From Nitrosopumilus sp. (lineage in GTDB: Archaea > Thermoproteota > Nitrososphaeria > Nitrososphaerales > Nitrosopumilaceae), in NCBI GenBank assembly GCA_965197525.1, contig OZ240211.1, positions 1,536,001-1,600,000 of the forward strand: a stretch of DNA of 64,000 bases, given 5' to 3'. The position numbers and the translations under genes were made by a program. This document shows positions 31,289-42,078 of the stretch, piece after piece; within the stretch, counting starts at the first letter, position 1; each line of letters starts with the position of its first letter. The notes beneath the pieces are model-generated. The model did not search any database, had not been told where the DNA came from, and saw only the letters and a list, made by a program, of their open reading frames with translations.

Positions 31289-32566
31289 TGTTTCAACAAC
31301 GTCCTTGATGATTACTTGACTTTGACATATCGACTATTCGGATTACCGGTGTACAGGGTTCCGACATCGTTGACTCAAAAGTATCAAACTTCGCTTCATT
31401 TATGCCATCTCTACTATCCCTAAACCTAGGGGACAGTTTGCGTGATATATTCATGGCAGCGATAATATCCCTATCCATGTATAATCCGCAATTATTACAC
31501 AACATTTTACGACTGTGTTGCATGTCCTCTTGGAGTTTCTTTCCGCATCTTGGACATTGCGTGCTTGTGCGTTTTGGGTCTACAAATTCAACTGGAGGTA
31601 GCCCGACCCACCGGGCTTTGTATTCTATCTGTCTTTGCAGTTCAAAGAATTGCCATCCGTTCAATCTACGTCTGTATTTGTTACCTTGACTGTTCCCCTT
31701 CCTGTATAGTTTTCTAATTCCTTTCAGGTTTTCTAGAACAATAACTGCTTTTTCTTTGACCGCATTATCCACAATATCTTTGGATATTTTGTGGATGTAT
31801 TGTTTTGTTCTGTTGGTCATTCTTTTCTGTCTCTCTTTCCAAAACTGATCTTTCTTTCTGCGATCATTTCTGCAGAATCCGGATCTAGCATGTATTGTGT
31901 TCTCTTTGATTGAGAGCAGTTTGTTTGTCTTGTAGAATGTTACCTTTTCCTCATTTCCACAGGTGACGTTTCTAAGGTTCCTGTCTACTCCCATTGTCTT
32001 GGTACACTCTATTTGTTCTGTTTCTTTGGAAACCCAGAGACTGATGTTGAGGGCAGTCCATGAAAATGAGCGTACTGTCAAGGCAGGATCAGACAGGATT
32101 TTTTGTGTGTGTTGGTTTAACATGATGTTGATAGAATTTCTACTCTTGTATGGAATTGTCAACAGTACACCATTGTGTTTTACTCCATAACAGTTTGTGA
32201 TAAATGGTTTTTTTACCGTTGGATACTTCACTTTGATGCCACGTTTCACGGATTGTTTTCTGTTAGCTAGTATACCTGCAGCCCTTGATATTGCATTGAG
32301 TTTGCATGATGATAAAATATCATAGTTTCTCAACTCGTGATAACACAGCATAGACAATCGCTTCATGTTATGGGTATCTTCTTTTAACCCCATCTTGATA
32401 CAGCAGTTAACCATCTCTGTGAATGTGACCATCATACCCATGAGGTCTGAATTCGGTGTATATTTTTGTGCTATTGACTTTATCGCCCTCAAAGGCTATA
32501 TTACGATTCAAGGATATTTAAGTGTAGATATACTGAGTTATTAGCACCCGAAGATTACACAGAACC
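31235..32566 (-). mobile_element. 1332-bp non-autonomous element with perfect 22-bp TIRs carrying a solo tnpB
   Basis: GGTTCTGTGTAATCTTCGGGTG (31235-31256) and its exact reverse complement (32545-32566). No tnpA; no target duplication visible. Confidence 0.85.
31293..32492 (-). CDS. tnpB: TnpB RNA-guided endonuclease (IS200/IS605 type)
   Basis: RuvC-I GVDRNLRN, RuvC-II LENLKGIR, Zn ribbon CPRCG...CNNCG, RuvC-III DRDIIAAMNI; all three catalytic acidic residues present. Confidence 0.92.
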   Translation of the reverse strand: MRAIKSIAQKYTPNSDLMGMMVTFTEMVNCCIKMGLKEDTHNMKRLSMLCYHELRNYDILSSCKLNAISRAAGILANRKQSVKRGIKVKYPTVKKPFITNCYGVKHNGVLLTIPYKSRNSINIMLNQHTQKILSDPALTVRSFSWTALNISLWVSKETEQIECTKTMGVDRNLRNVTCGNEEKVTFYKTNKLLSIKENTIHARSGFCRNDRRKKDQFWKERQKRMTNRTKQYIHKISKDIVDNAVKEKAVIVLENLKGIRKLYRKGNSQGNKYRRRLNGWQFFELQRQIEYKARWVGLPPVEFVDPKRTSTQCPRCGKKLQEDMQHSRKMLCNNCGLYMDRDIIAAMNISRKLSPRFRDSRDGINEAKFDTFESTMSEPCTPVIRIVDMSKSSNHQGRC

Positions 32567-32609
32567 AACTTTTGTAATACTAATAAGTAGATTTAGACAT
32601 TACAGAGTA

Positions 32610-33797
32610 TTGCAAATTGGTTTACTTGGAAAAGCAAATGTTGGGAAATCAACGTTCTTCTCTGCTGCAACTGAAACTCAGGTAGCTACTGGAAACTTTC
32701 CATTTACAACTATTCAACCAAATATTGGCGTGGCCTATGTAAAATCTGATTGTGCCTGTAAACATTTCCAAATTTCACATGATAATCCATTATGTATTGA
32801 TGGTACTCGTCTTATTCCTGTAAAATTAATTGATATCGCAGGACTAGTTCCTGGTGCGCATGAGGGGAAAGGATTAGGGAATCAGTTCCTAGATGATGCA
32901 CGACAAGCTGAGGTTTTAATTCATGTTGTTGATATCGCAGGAACTACTGATATTCAAGGACAATCCGTACCAATTGGGACTCATGATCCCATGGAGGATA
33001 TCGTATTTGTTGCCGACGAGTTTGATCAATGGTTTGCAGATATTCTCAAAAGAGAATGGGACAAGATCACTCGTGAAATCGATCAAAAGCGAGCAAAACT
33101 CACAGACGGCATTGCCAAACGATTCTCTGGGTTGGGAATTAAAGACTATCAAGTACATATAATCTTGCAAAGATTAGGGTTGATTGCTAGAAATCCCAAG
33201 GAATGGAAGGATTCAGATATTTACACATTTGTCAAAGAGCTTCGAAAAGATACAAAACCTATGATCATTGCTGCAAACAAGGCAGATCTATGTCCTGATC
33301 TTGATATTTTAGAAAAAATCTCAGATACTGTAATCCCTTGCAGTGCAGAAACTGAACTACTCTTACGAAAAGCCTCAAAGTCAGGTATTGTAAGTTATTC
33401 TTCAGGTGATGATAATTTTACAATTGCAAACGACAAACAGCTTTTACCTCCACAACAAAAAGCCCTCGAGTTGGTAAGTTCTGTTTTTTCTAAAATTAAA
33501 ACAACAGGAATTCAACAAATTCTAAACACTGCAGTTTTTAACTCTCTAAAATTTATTGTAGTCTATCCCGTAGAAGACGAAACTAAACTTACCAATAAGG
33601 ACGGTGTCATCTTGCCTGATACCAAATTGCTTCCGCAAGATTCCACTGCAAAAGATTTGGCAGCCTTGATTCATGCAGATATTGCAAAAGGATTCTTACA
33701 TGCAATTGATTGTAAAACTAAGCAAAGAATCAGCGGCGATCAGAAATTAAATGATGGGGACGTAATCAAAATTGTGTCCACACTTAGTAGGGGATAA
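32610..33797 (+). CDS. ychF: Obg-family redox-regulated ATPase/GTPase YchF-like (archaeal type)
   Basis: GKANVGKST, NFPFTTI, DIAGLVPGA, NKAD, C-terminal TGS domain. Confidence 0.88.
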   Translation: MQIGLLGKANVGKSTFFSAATETQVATGNFPFTTIQPNIGVAYVKSDCACKHFQISHDNPLCIDGTRLIPVKLIDIAGLVPGAHEGKGLGNQFLDDARQAEVLIHVVDIAGTTDIQGQSVPIGTHDPMEDIVFVADEFDQWFADILKREWDKITREIDQKRAKLTDGIAKRFSGLGIKDYQVHIILQRLGLIARNPKEWKDSDIYTFVKELRKDTKPMIIAANKADLCPDLDILEKISDTVIPCSAETELLLRKASKSGIVSYSSGDDNFTIANDKQLLPPQQKALELVSSVFSKIKTTGIQQILNTAVFNSLKFIVVYPVEDETKLTNKDGVILPDTKLLPQDSTAKDLAALIHADIAKGFLHAIDCKTKQRISGDQKLNDGDVIKIVSTLSRG

Positions 33798-33798
33798 T

Positions 33799-34785
33799 AT
33801 GCTTGGATTAGGTATTGAAAGTACAGCTCATACTTTTTCTTGTGCTGTTATTGAAAAAAATAAAAACAAAGGAAAGATTCTATCGGATATCAGGAAAATT
33901 TATCGTCCAAAAGATGGCCAAGGCATTCATCCGCGAGAAGCATCCCGCCATCATATTGAGAACAGTTCTCTTGTTTTATCTGAATGTTTGCAGGAGGCAG
34001 GCATTACCGTTAAAGATTTGGATATTATCTCCTATGCTGCAGGACCTGGGTTAGGACCATGTTTACGTGTAGGTGCAGTAGTTGCAAGATCATTATCTTC
34101 ATTTTATAAAATTCCTATATATCCTGTAAACCACGCACTTGGTCATATTGAGTTAGGAAAATTGCTGACCGGGGCTACCAATCCACTGGTATTATTGGTA
34201 TCTGGAGGGCATACAATGCTGCTAGCATTTCTTAACTTTCAGTGGCGTGTATTTGGCGAAACACTTGATATCACATTGGGCCAGCTCCTTGATCAGTTTG
34301 GTCGTTCTCTTGGATTTGCTTCTCCTTGTGGACGAGATATAGAAGAGTTAGCATCTACATCATCCTCAAACTATATCTTGTTACCTTATTCTGTAAAAGG
34401 AAATGACGTATCTTTCTCCGGCTTGCTATCTGCAACAAAATCTGTTGCCAAAAAAAATAGGACCGATGCGTGTTATTCTCTTCAAGAGACTGCATTTGCA
34501 ATGATCAGCGAGACCGTTGAACGAGCATTGTCCTTTACACGCAAAAAAGAATTGATGATAGTAGGAGGTGTTGCTGCTAACAAGAGGCTGTCTACGATGC
34601 TTCAAGATGTTTGCAAACGCCATCGAGCCAAATTTTTTGTAGTTCCATTACAATATGCAGGCGATTGCGGTTCTCAAATATGTTGGACCGGGCTCTTGGA
34701 ATCAAAAATTAAAAGAGGTGCTATGTTAAAGGATACTTTTGTAAGACAATCTTGGAGATTGGATTCAGTTAGAGTAGATTATTAG
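33799..34785 (+). CDS. kae1: KEOPS subunit Kae1 (t6A synthesis)
   Basis: GIESTAHT, HPREASRHH, VNHALGHIE, LVSGGHT, GETLDI, GGVAAN. Confidence 0.95.
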   Translation: MLGLGIESTAHTFSCAVIEKNKNKGKILSDIRKIYRPKDGQGIHPREASRHHIENSSLVLSECLQEAGITVKDLDIISYAAGPGLGPCLRVGAVVARSLSSFYKIPIYPVNHALGHIELGKLLTGATNPLVLLVSGGHTMLLAFLNFQWRVFGETLDITLGQLLDQFGRSLGFASPCGRDIEELASTSSSNYILLPYSVKGNDVSFSGLLSATKSVAKKNRTDACYSLQETAFAMISETVERALSFTRKKELMIVGGVAANKRLSTMLQDVCKRHRAKFFVVPLQYAGDCGSQICWTGLLESKIKRGAMLKDTFVRQSWRLDSVRVDY

Positions 34786-35108
34786 TCTTTGAACTCTTTT
34801 ATCTGTATGTTGATGGTTTTTAGCCAACCGTTTGTATTAAAGACTCCGAATTTAAAAGATTCCTCCTCTCCCTTGCTGGTTGTGACAGTAAAACATACCT
34901 TTTTTATGAATAATCCTTCTTTCCAGGTCTTTGTAATGTCTTTCAACGATACATCAAGTATGGTATCACCAAAACGTTTTGAAAAATCCATTATTCTTGC
35001 ATTAGTTTTATCAAATGCTAATCTCTTATTTGTTAATGTTAAAATTCCTGCCCCTAGGTTATCCTCGCTACAATCCTCTTGCTTTATCTTCTTTTCTCCC
35101 TCGTCCAT
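34782..35108 (-). CDS. Hypothetical protein, possibly PH-like fold
   Basis: 108-aa ORF; the GILTLTNKRLAF pattern is typical of PH/GRAM-like domains. Confidence 0.65.
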   Translation of the reverse strand: MDEGEKKIKQEDCSEDNLGAGILTLTNKRLAFDKTNARIMDFSKRFGDTILDVSLKDITKTWKEGLFIKKVCFTVTTSKGEEESFKFGVFNTNGWLKTINIQIKEFKD

Positions 35109-35145
35109 GATTAACTTTTATTGAATTCTTTTGAATATAACGTTA

Positions 35146-35766
35146 ATGAAACTATTAAAAAAAGGCGCAGAAGCTGACATTTATCGGACCATGTGGCAAA
35201 ATTCTGATGCTATTTTGAAGAGTAGAAAAATAAAAAACTATCGTAACACTCTACTTGATTTAAAGATACGAAGACAACGAACAGTGAAAGAGTCGCAAAT
35301 GCTCTCATTTGTCAAGTCATTTGGTGTTCCCACACCGATTGTTTATTTTGTAAACTTGGACACTGCCTCAATTACTATGCAAGAAATTTCTGGAACACCA
35401 GTACATGACTTGCCTGAATCGCAAATTATTCAATTATCAAAAAATATAGGACAATTAGTGGGCACACTTCACAAAAATGGTGTAATGCATGGAGACTTGA
35501 CAACTTCGAATTTCATTCTCTCTGAAGATACCATCTTTGTAATTGATTTTGGCTTATCTCAAAATTCAATAAAACCTGAGGATCATGCAGTTGATCTAAG
35601 ATTAATCAAGGAGATCCTTAATAGCGCTCATGCTAAAATTATGCAACCATCTTGGAAGAATTTTCTATGTGGATACAAACGCGCAGTCGGCAATGCATAT
35701 TACATCAAAATAATTAGACTAGTTTCAGAGATCGAAAGTCGTGGTAGGTATGCCAATGTCGTCTAA
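35146..35766 (+). CDS. bud32: KEOPS kinase Bud32/PRPK
   Basis: KKGAEA, VMHGDLTTSN, IDFGL, AVDL, RGRY C-terminus. Confidence 0.93.
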   Translation: MKLLKKGAEADIYRTMWQNSDAILKSRKIKNYRNTLLDLKIRRQRTVKESQMLSFVKSFGVPTPIVYFVNLDTASITMQEISGTPVHDLPESQIIQLSKNIGQLVGTLHKNGVMHGDLTTSNFILSEDTIFVIDFGLSQNSIKPEDHAVDLRLIKEILNSAHAKIMQPSWKNFLCGYKRAVGNAYYIKIIRLVSEIESRGRYANVV

Positions 35767-36298
35767 ATTACTCTTTGTATCATCAAATAATCACAAATAT
35801 CATGAAACAAAAGAGATCATGAATTCATTTGGAGTCTCTCTTGATTTCTGTAAATTAAATTTGGAAGAGATACAATCAAACACTCTTTCTGATGTTGCAG
35901 CAAAAAAAGCTCAAGACGCATTTGCGCAATGCCGAAAACCGCTCATTATTGAAGATGCAGGTTTATTTGTTGATGCGCTAGCAGGTTTTCCAGGACCTTA
36001 TTCATCATATGTCTTTAAAACCATTGGAAATGATGGAATTCTAAGTCTTGTAAAAAATAATCGCAAGGCAAAGTTTGTATCAATTGTCACTTTTTGTAAT
36101 GGAACCATTTTACAGTCTTTTGTTGGTAAATTGGATGGAACCATCTCTCAATCTAAGCAAGGAGATGGCTGGGGATATGATCCAATATTTATTCCAAAAA
36201 ATCTTGAAAAAACCTTTGCAAAAATAGATAATAAAAATACCCTGTCTCATAGATACAAGGCGTTAAAAAAATTCGCTAACTGGTATGCGCATAATTAG
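35750..36298 (+). CDS. rdgB: Non-canonical purine NTP pyrophosphatase (RdgB/HAM1)
   Basis: SSNNHK, EEIQ, EDAGLFVDALAGFPGPYS, GWGYDPIF, SHRYKAL. Confidence 0.94.
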   Translation: MPMSSKLLFVSSNNHKYHETKEIMNSFGVSLDFCKLNLEEIQSNTLSDVAAKKAQDAFAQCRKPLIIEDAGLFVDALAGFPGPYSSYVFKTIGNDGILSLVKNNRKAKFVSIVTFCNGTILQSFVGKLDGTISQSKQGDGWGYDPIFIPKNLEKTFAKIDNKNTLSHRYKALKKFANWYAHN

Positions 36299-37307
36299 AA
36301 ATATAACGATCAATGAATCGTTGATTGTTTTGCAAAATTACGATTCTTGAAACGATACTTTCATCCATTACTGAAAATATTTTATTTTGTTTTACAATCT
36401 CTTCGCTGAAATTTTTTATCTCTTGCATTTCTAACATATTTGCACGATCTAACCTATTAGTCGAACGTCCAATATGCATATAAGATTTAATTTCGATAAA
36501 ATGTGGGTTTGCTTTTCTGAACATCTCTGCAAATGCTGGAATTGTTTCCTTTCGATCATTGTAACCTCTGATCAATGTAATTCGCAATACAGTTCTTGTA
36601 TTCAAATTTTTTAACATTCCAAGCGTTCTATTCCATCTCTCCCATGAATCTTTGTATCTAGGTTGATTTATTCGCCTAAATGATTCATAATCTGCTGCAT
36701 TCGTTGAAAGATACAACTGGGTTGGTAGCGCATCTTCGTCTTGCAATCTTTGAATCATATCCGGTTCTTGACCGTTTGTTACTAGAAAAACTGACTTTGT
36801 TGCTTTTAGTGTATTTAAATATTTGATAAGTTCTGGAAGTTTCGGATACATTGTTGGTTCGCCAGATAGTGAAATTGCATAATGACTTGGCAGTAATGAT
36901 TCATCTAGTCGTTGTTTGTCATTTCTAGAATCACCGTAAAATCCATTGATCAATTTTTTTCTTTCTGCCATCAATTTTGTTAAGATTTCCTCTGGTTCTG
37001 CGACTTGCTGATATTCCATCTTCATTGAATCATAAAATTCCATTGGCCTCCAACAGTATACGCACCTATTTTCACAATGCATTCCTGCAGGAGAGAATTC
37101 CATGCATCGGTGTGTTGAAATTCCATAAAACTTGTGCTTGTAGCAGTTACCTTCGTGCTTGTATGATTTTTTTGTCCAATGGCAAAGTCCTACTGTTGCA
37201 TGATCTGCCACACCATATTTTGCCTTTTTTAGCTGTGCAGTTATTGCCGGTTTTATTTGAATTAGCTGTTCTTCTCCATCATCAACTATTTCACCTGAGC
37301 AACTCAC
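36276..37307 (-). CDS. tyw1: 4-demethylwyosine synthase (radical SAM)
   Basis: CHWTKKS, CYKHKFYGI, CENRCVYCWR, SLSGEPT, VTNG, EIKSYMHIGRS. Confidence 0.94.
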   Translation of the reverse strand: MSCSGEIVDDGEEQLIQIKPAITAQLKKAKYGVADHATVGLCHWTKKSYKHEGNCYKHKFYGISTHRCMEFSPAGMHCENRCVYCWRPMEFYDSMKMEYQQVAEPEEILTKLMAERKKLINGFYGDSRNDKQRLDESLLPSHYAISLSGEPTMYPKLPELIKYLNTLKATKSVFLVTNGQEPDMIQRLQDEDALPTQLYLSTNAADYESFRRINQPRYKDSWERWNRTLGMLKNLNTRTVLRITLIRGYNDRKETIPAFAEMFRKANPHFIEIKSYMHIGRSTNRLDRANMLEMQEIKNFSEEIVKQNKIFSVMDESIVSRIVILQNNQRFIDRYISNYAHTS

Positions 37308-37446
37308 AGTTACTGATATTGTTTTACTTTACTTAAATTAATCGGGGTTTTTATAAAACTTGAAAAATTCTTCTGACAAATATTGTTAATTTGTGTTAAT
37401 ATTACAGTGAGGTTTAATAACTGGTTTTTCAAGATAGATTTAAGCA

Positions 37447-39882
37447 TTGAAAAAAATACAATCACTGGCATTTCTACTGTTACTTGTAACTACACTAACT
37501 AGTATGCCAATTAATCCTCCTGCATTTGCAGTAGATGACTTGGACGGTGATGGTGTTGATGATACTATGGATTTATGTCCTAATTTACAAGAAGATTATG
37601 AAGGTGTAACAGATGGTTGCCCCTCTTCATTTGTTCCATGGTATGATGAAGATTTTGATGGTATAGAAGATCATATTGATCAATGTCCAAGTCTTAGAGA
37701 ACATTATAATCAATTCCAAGATGATGATGGTTGTCCTGATACTCTTCCTGGAACTGGTTCCGGGGGCGCACCTGATTCTGATAATGATGGATTTATTGAT
37801 TTAGTTGATTTATGTCCAAATCAACCTGAAATACTTAATGGTGTTTTAGATAGAGATGGTTGTCCTGATTCGTATGATGCAGGCGACCGTGATTCTGATG
37901 GTATATCTGATTCTATAGATCAATGTCCACTAAGCTCTGAAACCTATAACCGGTTCCAAGATGATGATGGTTGTCCTGATACTGTAACTGATTCTGCTTT
38001 TGTTGATTCTGACAATGATGGCATTCAAGATCAAGTTGATTTTTGTATATCTGAGCCTGAAGTGTATAATGGCTACAGAGATTTTGACGGCTGTCCTGAT
38101 GTTTCATTAGATATTTCATTTACTGACGGTGACGGTGACGGTATAGCAGATCAATTTGATATCTGTCCTGTACACCCTGAAACTTTCAATCGATTTGCTG
38201 ACTATGACGGCTGTCCTGATACTCTTCCATTATTTACTAATGCGTTAAATGATATAGATGGAGATAGAGTGGCAGACATTGATGATGCATGTCCGTTAGA
38301 CCCTGAAAGATACAACGGTTTTGAAGATCATGACGGCTGTCCTGACGTTCCTGATTATGTACGAGATAATGATTCTGATTTTGATGCTATTCCTGACAGT
38401 CTTGATGAATGTCCACAGGTTGCAGAAACTTATAATCAATTCCAAGACGAGGACGGCTGTCCTGACTTTGTAGCATCACACACATCAGTACCTGACTCTG
38501 ACGGCGATGGATTTAATGACTATACAGATTTGTGTCCAAACCAACCAGAAACATTCAACAACATATCTGATAGAGACGGCTGTCCTGATAACAGTCCTAC
38601 AGTTGATAGAGACGGGGATGGAATTTCTGATAACATAGATGGATGTCCAATTGTACAAGAAACTTATAACAATATTAAAGATCATGACGGCTGTCCTGAC
38701 GACGGTTCTGAATTCTTTGGATCTGATTACGATAACGACGGTCTTCTTGATTTAAATGATCGATGTCCTCTAGTATCTGAGACTATCAATGGATATCAAG
38801 ATCAAGACGGCTGTCCTGACGTCTCAGTATCTGACGCTGATAATGATGGCGTACCTGACACAATAGATCAATGTCCTTTGACTAACGAAACTTGGAATCA
38901 CTATCAAGATAACGACGGCTGTCCTGACGTATCAGTATTGGATACTGACTTTGATGGATTAATTGATTCTGTAGACCAATGTATCTTTGACCGTGAAACC
39001 TTTAACGGCTTCGAAGACGAGGACGGCTGTCCTGACTATCCTGTATTTATTGCCACAGTTGATTCTGACTTTGACGGAATTATAGATGAGCTGGATCAAT
39101 GTCCGCGAATTCCTGAAACTTATAACAAGATGCAAGACGAGGACGGCTGTCCTGACTCTGTAATAGTTACTAGTGGCGTTCCTGACTCTGACGGTGATGG
39201 AATTAATGACTATAACGATCACTGTCCAAATCAAGCCGAGACGCGCAATGGAATTCTAGATTTTGACGGCTGCCCTGACAATTACATATCATCTGATGAT
39301 AGAGACTATGATGGATTACCTGATGCCATTGATGCCTGCCCAATCGCTAAAGAGACCTATAATAGATTCCAAGACGATGACGGCTGCCCAGACTTTGTAC
39401 TCGAATCAATTGTAGCGGATTCAGATAATGACGGAATACGTGATGTTATTGATGACTGTCCTCTTGAGAGTGAAATATTCAATGGTTTCCAAGACGAGGA
39501 TGGATGTCCTGATGTTATTGATTTACCACCCGATGCTGATGGCGATGGTGTTCCGGATGTAATGGACTTGTGTCCAGAACAAAGTGAGGTTTGGAATAGA
39601 TACGTTGACCATGATGGTTGTCCTGATATTATACCAATAGGAGATATCATAGTTGACAGTGATAATGATGGTATAACTGATGATGTTGATTTATGTCCAA
39701 ACGATAGAGAGTCATGGAATAAATACAACGATGCAGACGGCTGCCCTGACATCTCTCCTGAGCAGTCAAGATACAGACATGATGCTGATTTGGATGGTAT
39801 TATCAACGAAAGTGACGTATGTCCTCTAGAACCTGAAGATTATGACGGCAATCAAGACGAGGATGGTTGCCCTGACCCATAG
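37447..39882 (+). CDS. Secreted thrombospondin type-3 repeat (Ca-binding) protein, about 20 repeats
   Basis: Signal peptide, then repeats of DxDxDGxxDxxDxCPxxxExxNxxxDxDGCPD. Confidence 0.92.
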   Translation: MKKIQSLAFLLLLVTTLTSMPINPPAFAVDDLDGDGVDDTMDLCPNLQEDYEGVTDGCPSSFVPWYDEDFDGIEDHIDQCPSLREHYNQFQDDDGCPDTLPGTGSGGAPDSDNDGFIDLVDLCPNQPEILNGVLDRDGCPDSYDAGDRDSDGISDSIDQCPLSSETYNRFQDDDGCPDTVTDSAFVDSDNDGIQDQVDFCISEPEVYNGYRDFDGCPDVSLDISFTDGDGDGIADQFDICPVHPETFNRFADYDGCPDTLPLFTNALNDIDGDRVADIDDACPLDPERYNGFEDHDGCPDVPDYVRDNDSDFDAIPDSLDECPQVAETYNQFQDEDGCPDFVASHTSVPDSDGDGFNDYTDLCPNQPETFNNISDRDGCPDNSPTVDRDGDGISDNIDGCPIVQETYNNIKDHDGCPDDGSEFFGSDYDNDGLLDLNDRCPLVSETINGYQDQDGCPDVSVSDADNDGVPDTIDQCPLTNETWNHYQDNDGCPDVSVLDTDFDGLIDSVDQCIFDRETFNGFEDEDGCPDYPVFIATVDSDFDGIIDELDQCPRIPETYNKMQDEDGCPDSVIVTSGVPDSDGDGINDYNDHCPNQAETRNGILDFDGCPDNYISSDDRDYDGLPDAIDACPIAKETYNRFQDDDGCPDFVLESIVADSDNDGIRDVIDDCPLESEIFNGFQDEDGCPDVIDLPPDADGDGVPDVMDLCPEQSEVWNRYVDHDGCPDIIPIGDIIVDSDNDGITDDVDLCPNDRESWNKYNDADGCPDISPEQSRYRHDADLDGIINESDVCPLEPEDYDGNQDEDGCPDP

Positions 39883-39897
39883 GAGCTGTCTTTGATA

Positions 39898-42078
39898 ATG
39901 AAGGGTAGATATCTGCTAGGATTCTTACTTTTACTTACATCAACTATCGGTATGATGCCTGGTACTGTATTTGCTAATGATGCACTTGACTCTGACGGTG
40001 ATGGGATACCCAATAACTCAGATCAATGCCCACATCTTGTAGAGGATTATGATCCACAATATGGCGATATTGAGGACGGTTGTCCTGCAGATTTTATTCC
40101 TTGGTATGATGCTGATTTTGACGGAGTTCAAGATCATCTTGACGCCTGTCCAACTGTAAAAGAAACTCACAACCAATTCCAAGATGATGACGGCTGCCCT
40201 GATGTCTCTCCTTATACTACAGCATCCATTCCTGACACTGATGCAGACGGCTATTCTGACTATGTGGATTTATGTCCAACTCAACCTGAAACATTCAACG
40301 AATTCCAAGATGGAGACGGCTGCCCTGACAGATACTCTTTTACTCTAGATTTTGACAGTGACGGCATTCTTGATATCTTAGATACATGCCCACTAGAACC
40401 TGAAATATACAACCAACTCCAAGATGAAGACGGCTGTCCTGATACCATAGCCTCTCCTGATATACAATATCAATTTCCAGATAGTGACGGCGATGGTGTT
40501 GATGATAGATGGGACCAGTGTATTGGTGAGCTAGAAAATTATAATGGTTATTTGGACACAGACGGCTGCCCTGATGTGCCTGTTGTTTTGTCATCTCCTC
40601 CACCTGACGCTGATTATGACGGAATCTTAGACGATGTTGATGCCTGCCCACTCGAACGTGAAAACTATAATGATCTTCAAGACGAAGACGGCTGTCCTGA
40701 CGTACTAGTCTTTACAGTGGATAGAGATACTGATAAGGATGGTGTTTTAGATAAGAATGACTCTTGTCCTTTTAATCCTGAAACTTATAACGCATATCTT
40801 GACGAAGACGGCTGTCCTGACAATCTTATAACTAATCCACTTATCCCTGATTCTGACGGCGATGGATTTGCAGATTATGAAGATTTGTGCCCAATTCAAC
40901 CTGAGACATTCAACGGATTCCAAGACGAGGATGGATGTGCTGACAGCCATACCTCTACTGTGGACTCTGACTTTGATGGAGTTATAGATGCTTTAGATCA
41001 ATGTCCACAAGAACCTGAAATATACAACCAATTCCAAGACACAGACGGCTGTCCTGATGTTGTAGACGCTATTACTGGTACAACGTATCAGTTCCCAGAT
41101 GATGACGGCGATGGCATAGATGATAGGTGGGACCAGTGTCTGGGCGAGGCTGAAAATTATAATGATTATTTAGATCATGATGGCTGTATTGATATTTTAG
41201 GTACAGCATCCTCTCCTCCACTTGATTTAGATGGTGACTACATCCTAGATGATGTGGATCAATGCCCAAAATTGGCTGAGAGATACAACGGATTCCAAGA
41301 CGAGGATGGATGCCCTGATAACATTGACTACGCAATAGCAGTTATTGACACTGATTCTGATGGCATCTTCGACGATGTAGATCTCTGTCCTCTCATTAAG
41401 GAGATTTATAACCTATATGAGGATGCGGATGGATGCCCTGATCGTTTAGCAAGTGATAGACCTGTATACGATTCTGACGGCGATGGATTTGCAGATTATG
41501 CAGACTTGTGTCCAACACAACCTGAGACATTCAACGGATTCCAAGACGAGGATGGATGTGCTGACAGCCATACCTCTACTGTGGACTCTGACTTTGATGG
41601 AGTTATAGATGCTTTAGATCAATGTCCGCAAGAACCTGAAGTTTATAATCAATTCCAAGACACAGACGGCTGTCCTGATGCTGTAGATGCTACTCCTATT
41701 ACAACGTATCAGTTCCCAGATGGTGACGGTGATGGCATAGATGATAGGTGGGACCAGTGTTTGGGCGAGGCTGAAAATTATAATGGTTATTTAGATCATG
41801 ATGGCTGTATAGATATACCAGGATCATCTGCAAATGCTCCAGTTCCTATTGACTCTGATGGTGATGGATATCTTGACAGAAATGACTTATGCCCAACAAG
41901 TGCAGAAGTTTGGAACAAGTATCTTGATTGGGATGGCTGTCCTGATATAGCTCCTGAACAACAGAGATTTGTTCACGATTATGACTTGGATAGTATAATA
42001 AATCAAGACGATCTCTGTCCACTTGATCCTGAAGATTATGACGGCGACAATGATCTAGACGGCTGTCCTGATCCTTAG
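39898..42078 (+). CDS. Secreted thrombospondin type-3 repeat protein, 17 repeats
   Basis: Signal peptide; 17 TSP3-like repeats counted by eye. Confidence 0.92.
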   Translation: MKGRYLLGFLLLLTSTIGMMPGTVFANDALDSDGDGIPNNSDQCPHLVEDYDPQYGDIEDGCPADFIPWYDADFDGVQDHLDACPTVKETHNQFQDDDGCPDVSPYTTASIPDTDADGYSDYVDLCPTQPETFNEFQDGDGCPDRYSFTLDFDSDGILDILDTCPLEPEIYNQLQDEDGCPDTIASPDIQYQFPDSDGDGVDDRWDQCIGELENYNGYLDTDGCPDVPVVLSSPPPDADYDGILDDVDACPLERENYNDLQDEDGCPDVLVFTVDRDTDKDGVLDKNDSCPFNPETYNAYLDEDGCPDNLITNPLIPDSDGDGFADYEDLCPIQPETFNGFQDEDGCADSHTSTVDSDFDGVIDALDQCPQEPEIYNQFQDTDGCPDVVDAITGTTYQFPDDDGDGIDDRWDQCLGEAENYNDYLDHDGCIDILGTASSPPLDLDGDYILDDVDQCPKLAERYNGFQDEDGCPDNIDYAIAVIDTDSDGIFDDVDLCPLIKEIYNLYEDADGCPDRLASDRPVYDSDGDGFADYADLCPTQPETFNGFQDEDGCADSHTSTVDSDFDGVIDALDQCPQEPEVYNQFQDTDGCPDAVDATPITTYQFPDGDGDGIDDRWDQCLGEAENYNGYLDHDGCIDIPGSSANAPVPIDSDGDGYLDRNDLCPTSAEVWNKYLDWDGCPDIAPEQQRFVHDYDLDSIINQDDLCPLDPEDYDGDNDLDGCPDP

